DNA from: Oligoflexia bacterium
Lineage (GTDB): Bacteria; Bdellovibrionota; UBA1018
Direction: 5' to 3'
NCBI GenBank assembly: GCA_963758495.1
Contig: CAVWVI010000004.1
Span: 992,001 to 1,056,000, forward strand
DNA length: 64,000 nucleotides
Part shown: piece after piece, positions 18,415-29,313 of the stretch
Layout of the letters: each line of letters opens with the position of its first letter
How positions within the stretch are numbered: position 1 is the stretch's first letter
Notes under the pieces: model-generated
Databases searched by the model: none
What the model saw: the letters and a program-made list of their open reading frames with translations, nothing else
What the model was told of the DNA's origin: nothing
Position numbers and translations under genes: made by a program

Positions 18415-21009
18415 CTAAATTACGCCAATAGAAAAATGGATCTGATCGGTGCTACTATCTCCTGGCCGATCCAGTTTAAATCCCCAATCTAAATTCACAG
18501 GTCCTACAGGAGTCTGATAATGAAACCCAAATCCTGCGCTATAGCGTAGTCCCCCAAAAGAGAAATTATCGATCAATAAATTTGCCGCATCGAGAAAAAT
18601 GCCGGCCTTTAAGGCCCCCGCGAAGGGAAAATCAATCTCAGTTCGGTAATTTACATAAGCAAGGCTACCCTTAATATAAGAATCTTGATTATTGAGTTCT
18701 TGCTCCTGATATCCACGTAAGCTACCAATACCACCCAATGCAAATTGTTTAATTAAAGGAATTGCAGGTCCACTTTGATTTAAAGTCGAAACAGTATTGA
18801 TTTCATATCCAGTTCGAAAACTTAAATACCAAACCCAAGCCTTGCCTAAGGGAATGCTATAGTCAGATCGGAATTGAAAACGATAATAGCCTAAGTCTTG
18901 AGAACCAAACGGAGGATAAGCAAGATCTAGCCAAGCTGTCGCGAATAATCCAGAAGTGGGAGAGAGAGGATCGTCTCTAAGATCAATACTTAAACGCGGC
19001 GTCACTGTCCCAATCTGCAAGTGTTGACTGGCGGTAGTGGCAACAGCTTCAGCATTAAATTCATAGATACTTTCCCAAGTATAAGTCAAATTACCGGTCA
19101 AGTTAGGGTATTTTAGCAAGGGTTTTTCCCATGAAGCCGAGGCCGTAAGAGTATCGGCTGCAAAATTAATATATTGCGTCTGCCCCGCTGAAATCGCCGG
19201 GCGAAAAGTTAGACCCGGCAATCCAAACCAAGGCCACAAGTAGGAAAACTGAATCTGCCCTTCCGGAAAGTTATAATCAGAAAACCTCCTATTCACACTC
19301 GCATTGATAGAACCTGTATGATTCAAACCCCAAAGATTGGAATACGCTAGCTGACTAAAGAGTCGAACCCCTAAATCATTTCTAAATCCTGGACCCCATG
19401 TTAAAGTGCCTCGATCTGCTTCTTGGACACTAATCCTAACGATTTTATAGCCTGCTTGACCAGGGTCATCGATTGGCTTAATGGTAACAACGGAAAAAAT
19501 TCCAAGTCTTTGAAGATTAATTTTGCTTTCAATTAAACGTGATTCTCCGAGAACATCCCCTTTTTTTAAATTGAGTTCACGACGAATGATAAATTCCTTG
19601 GTCTTTGCAACCCCATCAATCTCAATTTGACTCACATGGTACTGAGGACCTTCATCCATTTGCAAAGAAATATCTGCTAAATGGTTTTCATGTGAATAAG
19701 AGATCAGAGTATCCGTTCCTTCATTCATAATTTTAAAAGAAAGATATCCTCGATCGCGGTAAGCTTTTTTTAAGGCTTCAAGTCCCTCCGTAAACGCAAA
19801 GAGATTGAGCGCATTTCCTTCTCCAACATGAAGAAAGTTCTTAATATCAGATAGCTTAAGCACTTGGTTTCCACTGAAAGTTAAGCTTTGAACTAACGTT
19901 TGTTCTCCTTCATAAAGATAGACTATCAATTTTACCGCACTGTTTGCCTGATGAGTTTTCGGTTGAGGGGGATAAATTGAACTGATAGTGACCAGCTTAG
20001 CCGCCAAATATCCCTTTTCCTTCATCCACTCAATCATGAGTTCAGCCGCTTTTTGAACATCACTCTCGACATAAAATCCATGTTGCACTATTCCAGAAGC
20101 CGCCGAGAAAAACTGCTCTCGCAATTCATCACTTGAAAAGACGTGATTTCCATCAAAATCAATGGATTGAAGTTTTACTCTAGGACCTTCCTCAACTATA
20201 TAAGTCACCTGCCGTTCGGAGCGCGAAGTATTTTCGAGAGTATAGGCAGTAATTTGAACCCGACTAAATCCAGCAGAGCGATATTCTGCTTCAAGACGAG
20301 TCCGTATCGCTCCCACATAATCTTTACCAAGACCCACCAGTCTCTGCTCATCCACTAAACTATCCAGATAACCTCGAGTAAAAACTGTATTTCCTCGAAA
20401 GCCAAAACTTACCTTCTCACCTAAATCCACATTAACATCGACTTTGACCCAAGAAGGCGCCGTCGACGCATGCGTTACATCAACTTTTGCACCAATATAT
20501 TCCTCTAAAGCTAAAAATTCCTGAATTGCACGCTTTCCTTCAGAGACCTTATCTTCATCATAGATATCTCCCTTTGACAAACTCATGAGGGCTTTTATTT
20601 TTCTCTCAAGGCTTTCTCGTGTGCGATAGACTCCCTTTTCCTTCAGTCCTTGTGAAGAAATTTGAATTTCAGATATTCGAGAGGGAACGCCTTCGCTTAC
20701 CTTAAATTCCAAAACCGTTTCTAAATTTTTGCTTTCATTACTTTTACGTGCCAGCCTACTTTGAACGCTCATTCCTTGATAGCCATGAAGAAAATAAAGC
20801 GATTGTAAATTTTCTTCAGTACGAATTACTTTCAATCGCTCAAGCTGGTCACCGGGTGCTAACTCAAGAGTGCCTTCAATTTGAGTAGCGGGAAATGCTT
20901 TTACTCCTTGAATTTCAATACGATCAATTTCAATAGCCCCTGCTTGTCTACTCACAAGAGTCAACCCGACCGCGATTATGATGCCTAATGTTGCTCTCAA
21001 GCTCATCAT
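18415..21009 (-). CDS. Omp85-family outer membrane protein (TamA/BamA-like) with POTRA domains
   Basis: Signal peptide, POTRA repeats, LGG.GSLRGY, YQTPVGPVNLDWG, FSIG end; downstream of tamB. Confidence 0.88.
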   Translation of the reverse strand: MMSLRATLGIIIAVGLTLVSRQAGAIEIDRIEIQGVKAFPATQIEGTLELAPGDQLERLKVIRTEENLQSLYFLHGYQGMSVQSRLARKSNESKNLETVLEFKVSEGVPSRISEIQISSQGLKEKGVYRTRESLERKIKALMSLSKGDIYDEDKVSEGKRAIQEFLALEEYIGAKVDVTHASTAPSWVKVDVNVDLGEKVSFGFRGNTVFTRGYLDSLVDEQRLVGLGKDYVGAIRTRLEAEYRSAGFSRVQITAYTLENTSRSERQVTYIVEEGPRVKLQSIDFDGNHVFSSDELREQFFSAASGIVQHGFYVESDVQKAAELMIEWMKEKGYLAAKLVTISSIYPPQPKTHQANSAVKLIVYLYEGEQTLVQSLTFSGNQVLKLSDIKNFLHVGEGNALNLFAFTEGLEALKKAYRDRGYLSFKIMNEGTDTLISYSHENHLADISLQMDEGPQYHVSQIEIDGVAKTKEFIIRRELNLKKGDVLGESRLIESKINLQRLGIFSVVTIKPIDDPGQAGYKIVRISVQEADRGTLTWGPGFRNDLGVRLFSQLAYSNLWGLNHTGSINASVNRRFSDYNFPEGQIQFSYLWPWFGLPGLTFRPAISAGQTQYINFAADTLTASASWEKPLLKYPNLTGNLTYTWESIYEFNAEAVATTASQHLQIGTVTPRLSIDLRDDPLSPTSGLFATAWLDLAYPPFGSQDLGYYRFQFRSDYSIPLGKAWVWYLSFRTGYEINTVSTLNQSGPAIPLIKQFALGGIGSLRGYQEQELNNQDSYIKGSLAYVNYRTEIDFPFAGALKAGIFLDAANLLIDNFSFGGLRYSAGFGFHYQTPVGPVNLDWGFKLDRPGDSSTDQIHFSIGVI

Positions 21010-21016
21010 GAAGCGT

Positions 21017-24000
21017 CTATTTGAACCTCTTTTGAAATTTTAAATCTAATCCAAATGAACTTTGATTAGCTTGAGCGTCAGCAGTACCAATCGCAGTTCC
21101 ATAATTATTAAAAACCCCTGAGAGCGAGACATTTTGATCCACTAAATAGTCCATATTAACCTGATTGGACCTGGCCGTCCCCACTCCGACTGTGCTGCCC
21201 GCTGATACACTGAGTCTATCTCCTAGCTTTCTCCGAATTGTAATCTGAGGGGCTGCAGTTTTATCGGATTGAGACTGCGGACGAAAGGCACTGACTCCTT
21301 GTTGAGGATTAATGGCTTCATCGAGCTGGACATGAAAGCCAGTCTTATCTTCAAGATCTCGATTAAAATCCAAAGAATGCAAGACAAGAGAAGCAGCCTC
21401 TCCCTGTTGAACCGTACTTAAGTCAGTGGCACTCAATTTTTTTGCATCTGCTGAAGTCAGCCCAACCGCGAGGAGAGACAATATTTCAGATTCTTGCATT
21501 GCAGGATTTGAAGTAAAATCTATTTTATTAATTTTATCAGGTCTTCCCGTAGCGTACATTCGAATTTTTACTCCATTCACCTCTGTATTCGCGCTGATAT
21601 CAAAACTTGGATTAATCACAGTGGGACTATCAAAGTTGACCGTGGCTGCCTGAATCTGAAAAACATGATCTTTAAACAACATTTTCCCTTGCGTAATCTC
21701 AAGCTTTCCGAGAATGCGGGGTGCGTCCAAAGTATTTACAAGAGTTAAATTTGCCTTGGCCTGGGCATCTTGAAAGAGATCATTCTGAATCAGAATACCA
21801 TGGGGAGCTTCTACCTCGACCTTTAATTTAAATTTTGGATAATTATTTTCTCCTTGCTTGCTCGGCGGTGGAGCATACTGAAGAGTTTTTAAACCCGCGC
21901 CGCTTTTCTTTTGATTCAATATTTTTTCTTTAGATAAAGCGGAATCAACCAGGACCTTGCCTTCAATCAAATAAGGTGGCTCTTCCCCATGAACAAAGAC
22001 ATTTCCACTTACTTTAGCATATTGCAAGGGATAGACTTTCACTTTAGAATTACTAAATACTCCCTTCAGAGAAATATCTGGATAAGTTTCAGCATTAAGC
22101 ACAATTCGTCCGTCTGTCGTAACTCTTCCCCCTCCTAAATCTGCCTGAACATTCTGAACACTTAAAATATTTTGCCTCAATTGTAATGTGCCCGTAATAT
22201 TCTCAATAGGTGAATCAAGAGATGAAAGCCGAACGGCTCCCCCTTCCAAAGTAGCACGACCTAAAAGAGTCGGTGCTTTGATTTTCCCACCTATAATAAA
22301 ATCTAAATCTGAAGTCCCCATCGCTTGAGCAATTGAAGAACTAAAAAACTCTAACAATGAGTTGTCCAGTTGTCCTGATATTTTCCCCTCAAGTTGAGCA
22401 TTATTATTTTTTAGATCCAGCTTAATTTCTCCTGATTTGCCACGAACGCCAATGTCTTTTGCGTCAAAACTTCCATCTGAAATTTTGATCGTAAAAGGAT
22501 GAGAGAGCTCAAAACGAGTGTCTGAACGTGCCAATAGATATTCAGATATATTTAAAACACCACTGGAGCGTTCAATTTGACTGGAATGAAAACCTAGATT
22601 TAAAGTGCCAGAAAAATAACCCGCCAGCGAGGAATCTTGAATGGATTTTGGATTAAGTAATAAGAGAATAGACGAAAAATCTAATTGTTTGAATTGAGCT
22701 CGAATATAACTGCTTGCTTCAGGATTAAAATCATAGGAAGCATCTAAAATACCCTGCCCCCCCATTGCCGTGCCCTGTACGTTAAGAATACCCTTTTCGG
22801 TTTTAATAGAAAGGCTACTTGAAGGTACGGAAAGTCCTCGCACTGTAAAATCCGTTAAATCAAGTTGTGTATCTGACTGAATTTTTCCCTCCATACCTTC
22901 TCCAGAAGTTCGGAGGTTTAATTTTCCACGAATAGGAACATCTAAATGTGCAATATAGTCAAAATCACTAATCACCATATCCTGAGTTTTAAGGTCCCAG
23001 TCCATTTTCCGGTTTTCATCATAGGAAATCCGTCCCATCACTTTTCCGGAATGTTTGGTCCCGCTAAAGTGATCTAAATAGTATTTTCCCCGATCGTACC
23101 CACCCATGAGTTGAACCGTACGAAAATTTTCCCTCAAATATTCCCAATTTGTCCCTTTCAACTCACTGACTATTTGTAATTTATTGAGAGCAATTCCTCC
23201 ACCTACTTTGAGAGTTCCGCTAAATAAGCCATTGAGCGAATGAGGGAACCAACTGATGGGATGAGTTAAATTTTTAAATATTTGTATAAAATCTTGGATA
23301 TCTCCCTTTTCCACCTGAACCAGTAGGTCGACAGTGTCCGCCTGATCCAGATCTAAACCTCCTTCTACAGTATAGACAGTGGTATTCTTTACCAGTCGAG
23401 CATTGCTAAAAAGTAATTTTGAAGGCTGATCATCCCAAGTAATCCTACCTTTTAGATCTCCCAAAAATAAATGAAGGTAATAGGCATCTTTAACATCTGC
23501 ATCAATATCTATTAAAACCCGAGAAGTCGGACCATGAGCATAGAGTTTAATGGAGCCTTTGCCTCGAATATCATTTTCAGCAATTTGGCCTAAGTTTTCA
23601 AAATTGACTAACCCGTTGGCATGTAAATCATAACCTTTTTTAAAATCTATTTTCCCATTAATTTGCAGTTTTGACTGAAGAAGACTCAGTGCGAGCCCAT
23701 CCAAATAAATACCATTCTGATTGATCAGTGCAGGCCCAGCCACTCCAATATGGGGAATCCGGAAAACCGCATTGAGCGGTTTTATTTTACGATATTTCTG
23801 ATTGTCTAACTGAAATCGGTCAATCCTTGTCTTTAAATTCGCGTGAACTTCCCAAGATGAATTTTTCGTCATGGGTACTAAGGTTGCAGAAATGTCTCCG
23901 TTCAAACGAAAGTCCAGAGGATAGACTTGAGCGAGGGCGGGTCCGGCAAGCCAATGGATATGAGCATGTTCAATATGAAGAGGGACTTGAATGCGATCAG

Positions 24001-25180
24001 AAGAACCCAATGCCCACTTCAGGGGGCCCACTTCGATTCTCCCCCCTCCCCCTGGCTGAAATCCACCTACTCTAGGTCGCTCAGTGGACTCCACAATCGC
24101 CTTAACAAGCTCTATTTCACCCCCATTCGCGCCTCCATCCCAGCGAAGACTGGCCTGAATTCGATCGGCCGTCCACTTTTGAAAGGAAAACTGATCAATG
24201 ATCAGTTTTCCCTCTGCTCGTATCGAACTCAATTTTTTATCGACCTTTCCTTCAACCTTCCCTTCAAATGTACAAACTCCTCCAAGCAACGTCGGTAAAT
24301 GCAGAGGGTAGGATTTGTAAATTTTTTCTTTGTAAAGTTTTTCAAGGTCACCCTTAAATTTTACAGAGAAATCTGCAATGAGGTCCTTAAACTCCAGTGG
24401 ATTACCTTTAAACTGTCCAGTAGTTGAAGCATCTATGCCTGGCATTGAAACTGTAAAGGACTCGACCCGTATTCCCATAGCATTTACGAAGGCTTCTCCC
24501 GAAATCGTTTCAATTGCTAATTCTGGTATTAATCCTGATAGTCCTCCTTGAAGCATGAGTTTTTGTAAATAACTACCGTGAACCTGATTCAAATTGACCT
24601 GGATAGAGTATCCCAAACCTCCACGTCCAGCGCGTTGAGCCACTCGCAGAGTCTTTGCATTTGCCTCAATCGAACGATTCTCTCCTGATAACTCAACATT
24701 CAAATGAACATTCTCAAAACCCACCCCTTCTGCATGAATTTGAAAAAGCTCATCCCAATGAAGATCTAACTTCGTTAAGGGGTGCGGAGTAGATTTCTTC
24801 TGCAGCACTGAAGAATTCAAGACGAGCTTGATGTTGCCATTAGCTACGGTCACTTCGTGTACTCGAATATCGCCTGAAAACATTTGCAAGGGTCGGAACT
24901 CGAAATCTATCCTTTCCGCTACAATAGATGAACCTGCTGGCAGGTTGGCAAAATTATGTTTACCAATACTGAGTTTTGGATTTCGAATTGAAAAGCCAGG
25001 TGGAAATAATTTAATCGAGAGTTCAGAAAAATCACCTTCGATCCCCATATCATGAGGAAGATAACGAGAGGCAACTACTTTAAGAATTTGCGCAAACTGA
25101 GGACTTTGAATAAACCAAAGCGCTCCTGTCACCAGAGCACTGACAGTCAGGGCGAAAGCTAAAAAAGGCCGCTTGATCAT
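21017..25180 (-). CDS. tamB: Translocation/assembly module TamB-like protein
   Basis: N-terminal TM anchor, long beta-rich body, C-terminal FTSNP..ESEILSLL, ends FQKRFK; adjacent to the Omp85 gene. Confidence 0.85.
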   Translation of the reverse strand: MIKRPFLAFALTVSALVTGALWFIQSPQFAQILKVVASRYLPHDMGIEGDFSELSIKLFPPGFSIRNPKLSIGKHNFANLPAGSSIVAERIDFEFRPLQMFSGDIRVHEVTVANGNIKLVLNSSVLQKKSTPHPLTKLDLHWDELFQIHAEGVGFENVHLNVELSGENRSIEANAKTLRVAQRAGRGGLGYSIQVNLNQVHGSYLQKLMLQGGLSGLIPELAIETISGEAFVNAMGIRVESFTVSMPGIDASTTGQFKGNPLEFKDLIADFSVKFKGDLEKLYKEKIYKSYPLHLPTLLGGVCTFEGKVEGKVDKKLSSIRAEGKLIIDQFSFQKWTADRIQASLRWDGGANGGEIELVKAIVESTERPRVGGFQPGGGGRIEVGPLKWALGSSDRIQVPLHIEHAHIHWLAGPALAQVYPLDFRLNGDISATLVPMTKNSSWEVHANLKTRIDRFQLDNQKYRKIKPLNAVFRIPHIGVAGPALINQNGIYLDGLALSLLQSKLQINGKIDFKKGYDLHANGLVNFENLGQIAENDIRGKGSIKLYAHGPTSRVLIDIDADVKDAYYLHLFLGDLKGRITWDDQPSKLLFSNARLVKNTTVYTVEGGLDLDQADTVDLLVQVEKGDIQDFIQIFKNLTHPISWFPHSLNGLFSGTLKVGGGIALNKLQIVSELKGTNWEYLRENFRTVQLMGGYDRGKYYLDHFSGTKHSGKVMGRISYDENRKMDWDLKTQDMVISDFDYIAHLDVPIRGKLNLRTSGEGMEGKIQSDTQLDLTDFTVRGLSVPSSSLSIKTEKGILNVQGTAMGGQGILDASYDFNPEASSYIRAQFKQLDFSSILLLLNPKSIQDSSLAGYFSGTLNLGFHSSQIERSSGVLNISEYLLARSDTRFELSHPFTIKISDGSFDAKDIGVRGKSGEIKLDLKNNNAQLEGKISGQLDNSLLEFFSSSIAQAMGTSDLDFIIGGKIKAPTLLGRATLEGGAVRLSSLDSPIENITGTLQLRQNILSVQNVQADLGGGRVTTDGRIVLNAETYPDISLKGVFSNSKVKVYPLQYAKVSGNVFVHGEEPPYLIEGKVLVDSALSKEKILNQKKSGAGLKTLQYAPPPSKQGENNYPKFKLKVEVEAPHGILIQNDLFQDAQAKANLTLVNTLDAPRILGKLEITQGKMLFKDHVFQIQAATVNFDSPTVINPSFDISANTEVNGVKIRMYATGRPDKINKIDFTSNPAMQESEILSLLAVGLTSADAKKLSATDLSTVQQGEAASLVLHSLDFNRDLEDKTGFHVQLDEAINPQQGVSAFRPQSQSDKTAAPQITIRRKLGDRLSVSAGSTVGVGTARSNQVNMDYLVDQNVSLSGVFNNYGTAIGTADAQANQSSFGLDLKFQKRFK

Positions 25181-25187
25181 CTTTGCC

Positions 25188-26105
25188 TTAAAAATGCTCT
25201 TTACGCAACCGCTGTTCAGTATCCCTATAATGGGGATCGGTTTTTAATACTTGTTTGTAATATTGAAAGGCGAGGTCTCTTTTATTCATACATTCATAAG
25301 TACGTCCCATGAGGTAGAAAAGTTCAATTTTATTCTCTAATTTTATTTCAGCGTCCCTCAGTAGCGGCTGAATTCTGGATACAGCTTCTAATGGACGATC
25401 TGCAAGAATCAATGACAATGCCAATAATCCGTTTATAGAAAGACAAATTTCACTTCCACTTGAAATACTTTGGTCTAAGTGACGACTCGCTCCCATAAAC
25501 AGTCGGACTGCTATAGAATAAAGTTCCATTTCCAAAAAAGCGATGCCCAGATCAATCCAATCTTGAATAGATGCTGTTGATAAATCTTTTTCTAATTTAC
25601 TTATAAATGAATTCATCAATTCGGGATCTTGAAATAAGGTCAGTTGGTCCATTGGCACTCTCATGCCCAATTTCAAATCTTCATCCAATTGACGAATCAC
25701 CCACTCAGAGTCATATTCAACTAAAACCGGGTCAGACTTTCTTCGAAAAGGTCGATGAATTTCTTCTTCAGAAAAAATTTGCTTCAATTCAATCTCATGG
25801 ATTTGATCCAGTAGTTTTCTCGCATTCGCATTACCCGCATCAGCAATGAGTATTTGACGCAAAACTCTTTTAGCTTCCTCAGTCAACCCCTCACTCACAA
25901 GAATCTTGGCACTTTGAAAGAGGTCTGCAACGCCACCTTGAAGCTCCGCTGGGTTAACAGCAGGCTTCATAGCAGGCGCCAGAGCATTCTTCTCGGAATG
26001 CTTTCTTATACCTGGAATGACTGCAGTTTTTTCGAGAAGATCGTCTCCTAAATCAACGCGCGTGGCATCGGCTGCCTCAAATGAAGAATCTTGTTCATCA
26101 ATCAT
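25188..26105 (-). CDS. TPR protein (Bd2492/SgmX C-terminal-like)
   Basis: DLGIAFLEMELY and DPHYRD motifs; sits between accC and tamB as in Myxococcus/Bdellovibrio. Confidence 0.7.
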   Translation of the reverse strand: MIDEQDSSFEAADATRVDLGDDLLEKTAVIPGIRKHSEKNALAPAMKPAVNPAELQGGVADLFQSAKILVSEGLTEEAKRVLRQILIADAGNANARKLLDQIHEIELKQIFSEEEIHRPFRRKSDPVLVEYDSEWVIRQLDEDLKLGMRVPMDQLTLFQDPELMNSFISKLEKDLSTASIQDWIDLGIAFLEMELYSIAVRLFMGASRHLDQSISSGSEICLSINGLLALSLILADRPLEAVSRIQPLLRDAEIKLENKIELFYLMGRTYECMNKRDLAFQYYKQVLKTDPHYRDTEQRLRKEHF

Positions 26106-26120
26106 CGGATATATTGAATT

Positions 26121-27488
26121 TTACTCGTATTTTGGGAGAAACTCTTCCAAAAAATGCGTATCGTAGTCCGCATCTCTGAATTTTTTGCTAGCAAGGATCT
26201 TTTTCTGGAATGGGATATTCGTTTTAATCCCTTCCACGACAAATTCGTCTAATGCTTGACGCATTTTAGCAATTGCGTCAGTACGAGTCGGTGCATGAAC
26301 GATCAGTTTAGCGATCATGGAGTCATAAAACGGTAAAACCTTGTACTGATCATAGACAAAAGAGTCAACGCGCACCCCAAAACCACCGGGAACATGGAGA
26401 CCTGTAATTTTCCCAGGGGATGGAGCAAATCGCTCAGGATCTTCTGCATTAATTCGGCATTCTATTGCATGAGATTGAGTTTTTATATCTGACTGTTTAA
26501 TTTTTAGAGGAATGCCAGCAGCCGAGCGGATCTGTTCTTTAATTAAATCGATTCCTGTCACCATTTCTGTAACAGGGTGTTCGACCTGAATTCGAGTATT
26601 CATCTCCATAAAATAGAATTTCTTATCCTTATTATCGACCAGAAATTCTACTGTCCCTACATTTTCATAATTCACAGACTTACAAAGCTTCAGTGCCGCC
26701 TCACTCATAGTGAAGCGCAACGCTTCATCTACGACAGGACTTGGAGACTCTTCTAACATCTTTTGATGTCTTCTTTGAATGGTACAATCTCTCTCTCCTA
26801 AAGAGATCCGATTTCCGTGTTGATCACATAACACTTGAATTTCAACGTGCCGTGGGTTTTCACAATACTTTTCTAAATACATAGAAGAGTTTCCGAAAGC
26901 TGCTCCTGCCTCTGAACTGACACGATCAAAACAGGCTCTCAGCTGCGAAGAATCATAAACGATATGAATTCCACGCCCCCCTCCTCCTGCCGCTGCTTTC
27001 AAAATCACCGGGTAGCCAATCTTATTTGCTTCTTCTAATGCAGCTGACAAATCAGGCACGGATGAGATTGTTCCAGGAAGAAGCGGGACCCCTGCTTCAA
27101 GCGCAATAGCTCGAGCACGTGTTTTTTCCCCCATAGATAAAATATTGGAAGTGGTAGGTCCTATAAATGTGATCTTGCACTCAGCACAAAGTCTTGCAAA
27201 TTCAGCATTTTCTGAAAGAAATCCATAACCTGGATGAATCGCATCAGCTTCAGTAATATCAGCAGCAGAAAGAATATTCGCTATATTCAGATAACTCAGT
27301 TTTGATTGTGCAGGACCAATACATACGGCCTCGTCCGCCAATTTAACATGGAGCGAATGCACATCTGCAACTGAATACACCGCCACAGTCGAGATCCCGA
27401 GTTCGCGACAGGCACGAATCACCCGAAGAGCGATTTCTCCACGATTCGCAATAAGCACTTTTCTAAAAAGAGGTTGAATTGCTGTCAT
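26121..27488 (-). CDS. accC: Acetyl-CoA carboxylase biotin carboxylase
   Basis: [36 protein letters not shown]. Confidence 0.97.
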   Translation of the reverse strand: MTAIQPLFRKVLIANRGEIALRVIRACRELGISTVAVYSVADVHSLHVKLADEAVCIGPAQSKLSYLNIANILSAADITEADAIHPGYGFLSENAEFARLCAECKITFIGPTTSNILSMGEKTRARAIALEAGVPLLPGTISSVPDLSAALEEANKIGYPVILKAAAGGGGRGIHIVYDSSQLRACFDRVSSEAGAAFGNSSMYLEKYCENPRHVEIQVLCDQHGNRISLGERDCTIQRRHQKMLEESPSPVVDEALRFTMSEAALKLCKSVNYENVGTVEFLVDNKDKKFYFMEMNTRIQVEHPVTEMVTGIDLIKEQIRSAAGIPLKIKQSDIKTQSHAIECRINAEDPERFAPSPGKITGLHVPGGFGVRVDSFVYDQYKVLPFYDSMIAKLIVHAPTRTDAIAKMRQALDEFVVEGIKTNIPFQKKILASKKFRDADYDTHFLEEFLPKYE

Positions 27489-27526
27489 TCTTAATCTTTG
27501 GCCCGAAAGTGGGTTGATCTCATTTT

Positions 27527-28066
27527 TTAAGGCTCAATAATAAAGAGCGGCTCACCGAATTCCACGGCTTGACCATTTTCTACAAGGATAGATACCACTT
27601 TACCAGGGAATTCGGCTTCTATCTCATTCATTAACTTCATGGCTTCAATAATACAGAGTACGTCTCCCCTTTTTACCATCTGACCTTCTCTGATATAAGG
27701 ATCAGAATCTGGAGAAGGCGATCGATAAAATGTTCCAACAAAGGGAGAGGTGACCTGCTTCTGAGTGCTATTGACTGCCGCCAATGGTGCAGGAGTAGAC
27801 GGACCTCCAGGATGAGATATTTTAGCCGACTGTGAGAGACTCTCTTGCACGGCGCGATGGTGAGCAAAAGAAGGTGGTTCTGAGGATGTCAGATTGGCCC
27901 AAGTTTTAAGCTTTAAGCGCTCTCCGCCTTTTTCCCATTCTAATTCGGTAACTTCATGCTTTTCCATCAGCAGCAAGATTTTCTCAAGATGCTGTAAATC
28001 AGCCTGACCCTCTTTAAGATTTGAATTCTTTTTCCGTGAATCCCGCTTTATTACCGACTTAGCCAC
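27527..28066 (-). CDS. accB: Biotin carboxyl carrier protein
   Basis: [18 protein letters not shown] biotinylation motif. Confidence 0.97.
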   Translation of the reverse strand: MAKSVIKRDSRKKNSNLKEGQADLQHLEKILLLMEKHEVTELEWEKGGERLKLKTWANLTSSEPPSFAHHRAVQESLSQSAKISHPGGPSTPAPLAAVNSTQKQVTSPFVGTFYRSPSPDSDPYIREGQMVKRGDVLCIIEAMKLMNEIEAEFPGKVVSILVENGQAVEFGEPLFIIEP

Positions 28067-28067
28067 G

Positions 28068-28631
28068 TTACTTGTTCGCCTTTTCTACGTATTTATAGTC
28101 ACGTGTATCCACTTTAATCAAATCGCCTTCCTTAAGGTGAAAAGGGACACCCACTGTTGCCCCCGTTTCTAATTTGGCAGGTTTTGAACCGCCTGTCACT
28201 GTATCTCCTCTAAAAGAGGGGTCAGTTTCTACGATTTTCAAAACAACAAAAGTGGGGAGTTCGACTCCAATGGGACGTTCGTTAAAATACATGATCTTAA
28301 TTGCTAAATTTTCTTGAAGAAAATCTTTAGCTGCGCCAAGAGCTTCTTCAGAGAGGGTTACTTGTTCGTAATTAGCATTATTCATGAAGTTATAGCCAGC
28401 CGCATCCTTATAAAGGAATTGCATTTCCTTTTCTTCCGTATTGGCTCTATCTAACTTATCTCCAGAAGTAATCGTTCTTTCGATCACATTTTGATTCAAC
28501 ATATTTTTAAGCTTGGTACGAGTAAAAGCCCGCCCTTTTCCTGGGCTAACATGCTGGAAATCAACTATCTCGAAGGGAACACCATCTATCTCTACTTTGA
28601 GACCTTTGCGAAACTGATTTGTTGCGTACAT
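28068..28631 (-). CDS. efp: Elongation factor P
   Basis: [23 protein letters not shown] at 28631 preferred. Confidence 0.96.
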   Translation of the reverse strand: MYATNQFRKGLKVEIDGVPFEIVDFQHVSPGKGRAFTRTKLKNMLNQNVIERTITSGDKLDRANTEEKEMQFLYKDAAGYNFMNNANYEQVTLSEEALGAAKDFLQENLAIKIMYFNERPIGVELPTFVVLKIVETDPSFRGDTVTGGSKPAKLETGATVGVPFHLKEGDLIKVDTRDYKYVEKANK

Positions 28632-28689
28632 AATCCCATTGGTAACCGAGACAGGCCGGCGTGTCAACGCAATCAAGACAGGATAAAAC

Positions 28690-29313
28690 TCAATCGCTTG
28701 CGCTCACTGGATGGAGTGTTCGATACCGCTCAACTTTTTGAAGTAAAACCTGTAGCCTTTCAATCTTCTTCACTTTTTTACTGCGCATAGAATCAGGATC
28801 TTCTTCTATAGCTCTCTGCGCTGATCGTACGTCAAACTGAGGAATGGGTTGAGGGTCAACACGTAATACAAGAGTCCCCTTTTCATAGGCCTGAGCCTCA
28901 AGCTCGTGCACCAATTGGGCAGTTTCAGTATCTTGAGGTGAAAAGTAAAGAAGCATTTTGTAGGCGCTCAAAGCTTCTGCAATCTGGCCAAGTATGAGGT
29001 AAGAATCCGCTAAAAGTTTTTGGGCCACCAAATTATCTGGAATATCCTGGACAATAGGCGACAATTCCTCAATGACTTCTGCATAGAGTTTTTTATCAAA
29101 AAAAGCTCTTGCCAATGCAACACGTCCACTCAAAAACTTGGGATGAAGCTTAAGCCCCTCCTGCGCTATACTGATAGCCTCATCAAACAAACCGGCTTTT
29201 CGATAGGCTTCCGCCAACGGCGCAAAAATACGGGAAGATGGATCTTCCTGAAATTTCTTTAAATAAGAATAAATGAGTGGGTGCTTTTGCTGACTTCCCA
29301 TAACCCCCGCCAT
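28690..29313 (-). CDS. TPR protein
   Basis: DPSSRIFAPLAEAYRKAG followed by TPR helices; lies between pilQ and efp. Confidence 0.8.
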   Translation of the reverse strand: MAGVMGSQQKHPLIYSYLKKFQEDPSSRIFAPLAEAYRKAGLFDEAISIAQEGLKLHPKFLSGRVALARAFFDKKLYAEVIEELSPIVQDIPDNLVAQKLLADSYLILGQIAEALSAYKMLLYFSPQDTETAQLVHELEAQAYEKGTLVLRVDPQPIPQFDVRSAQRAIEEDPDSMRSKKVKKIERLQVLLQKVERYRTLHPVSASD

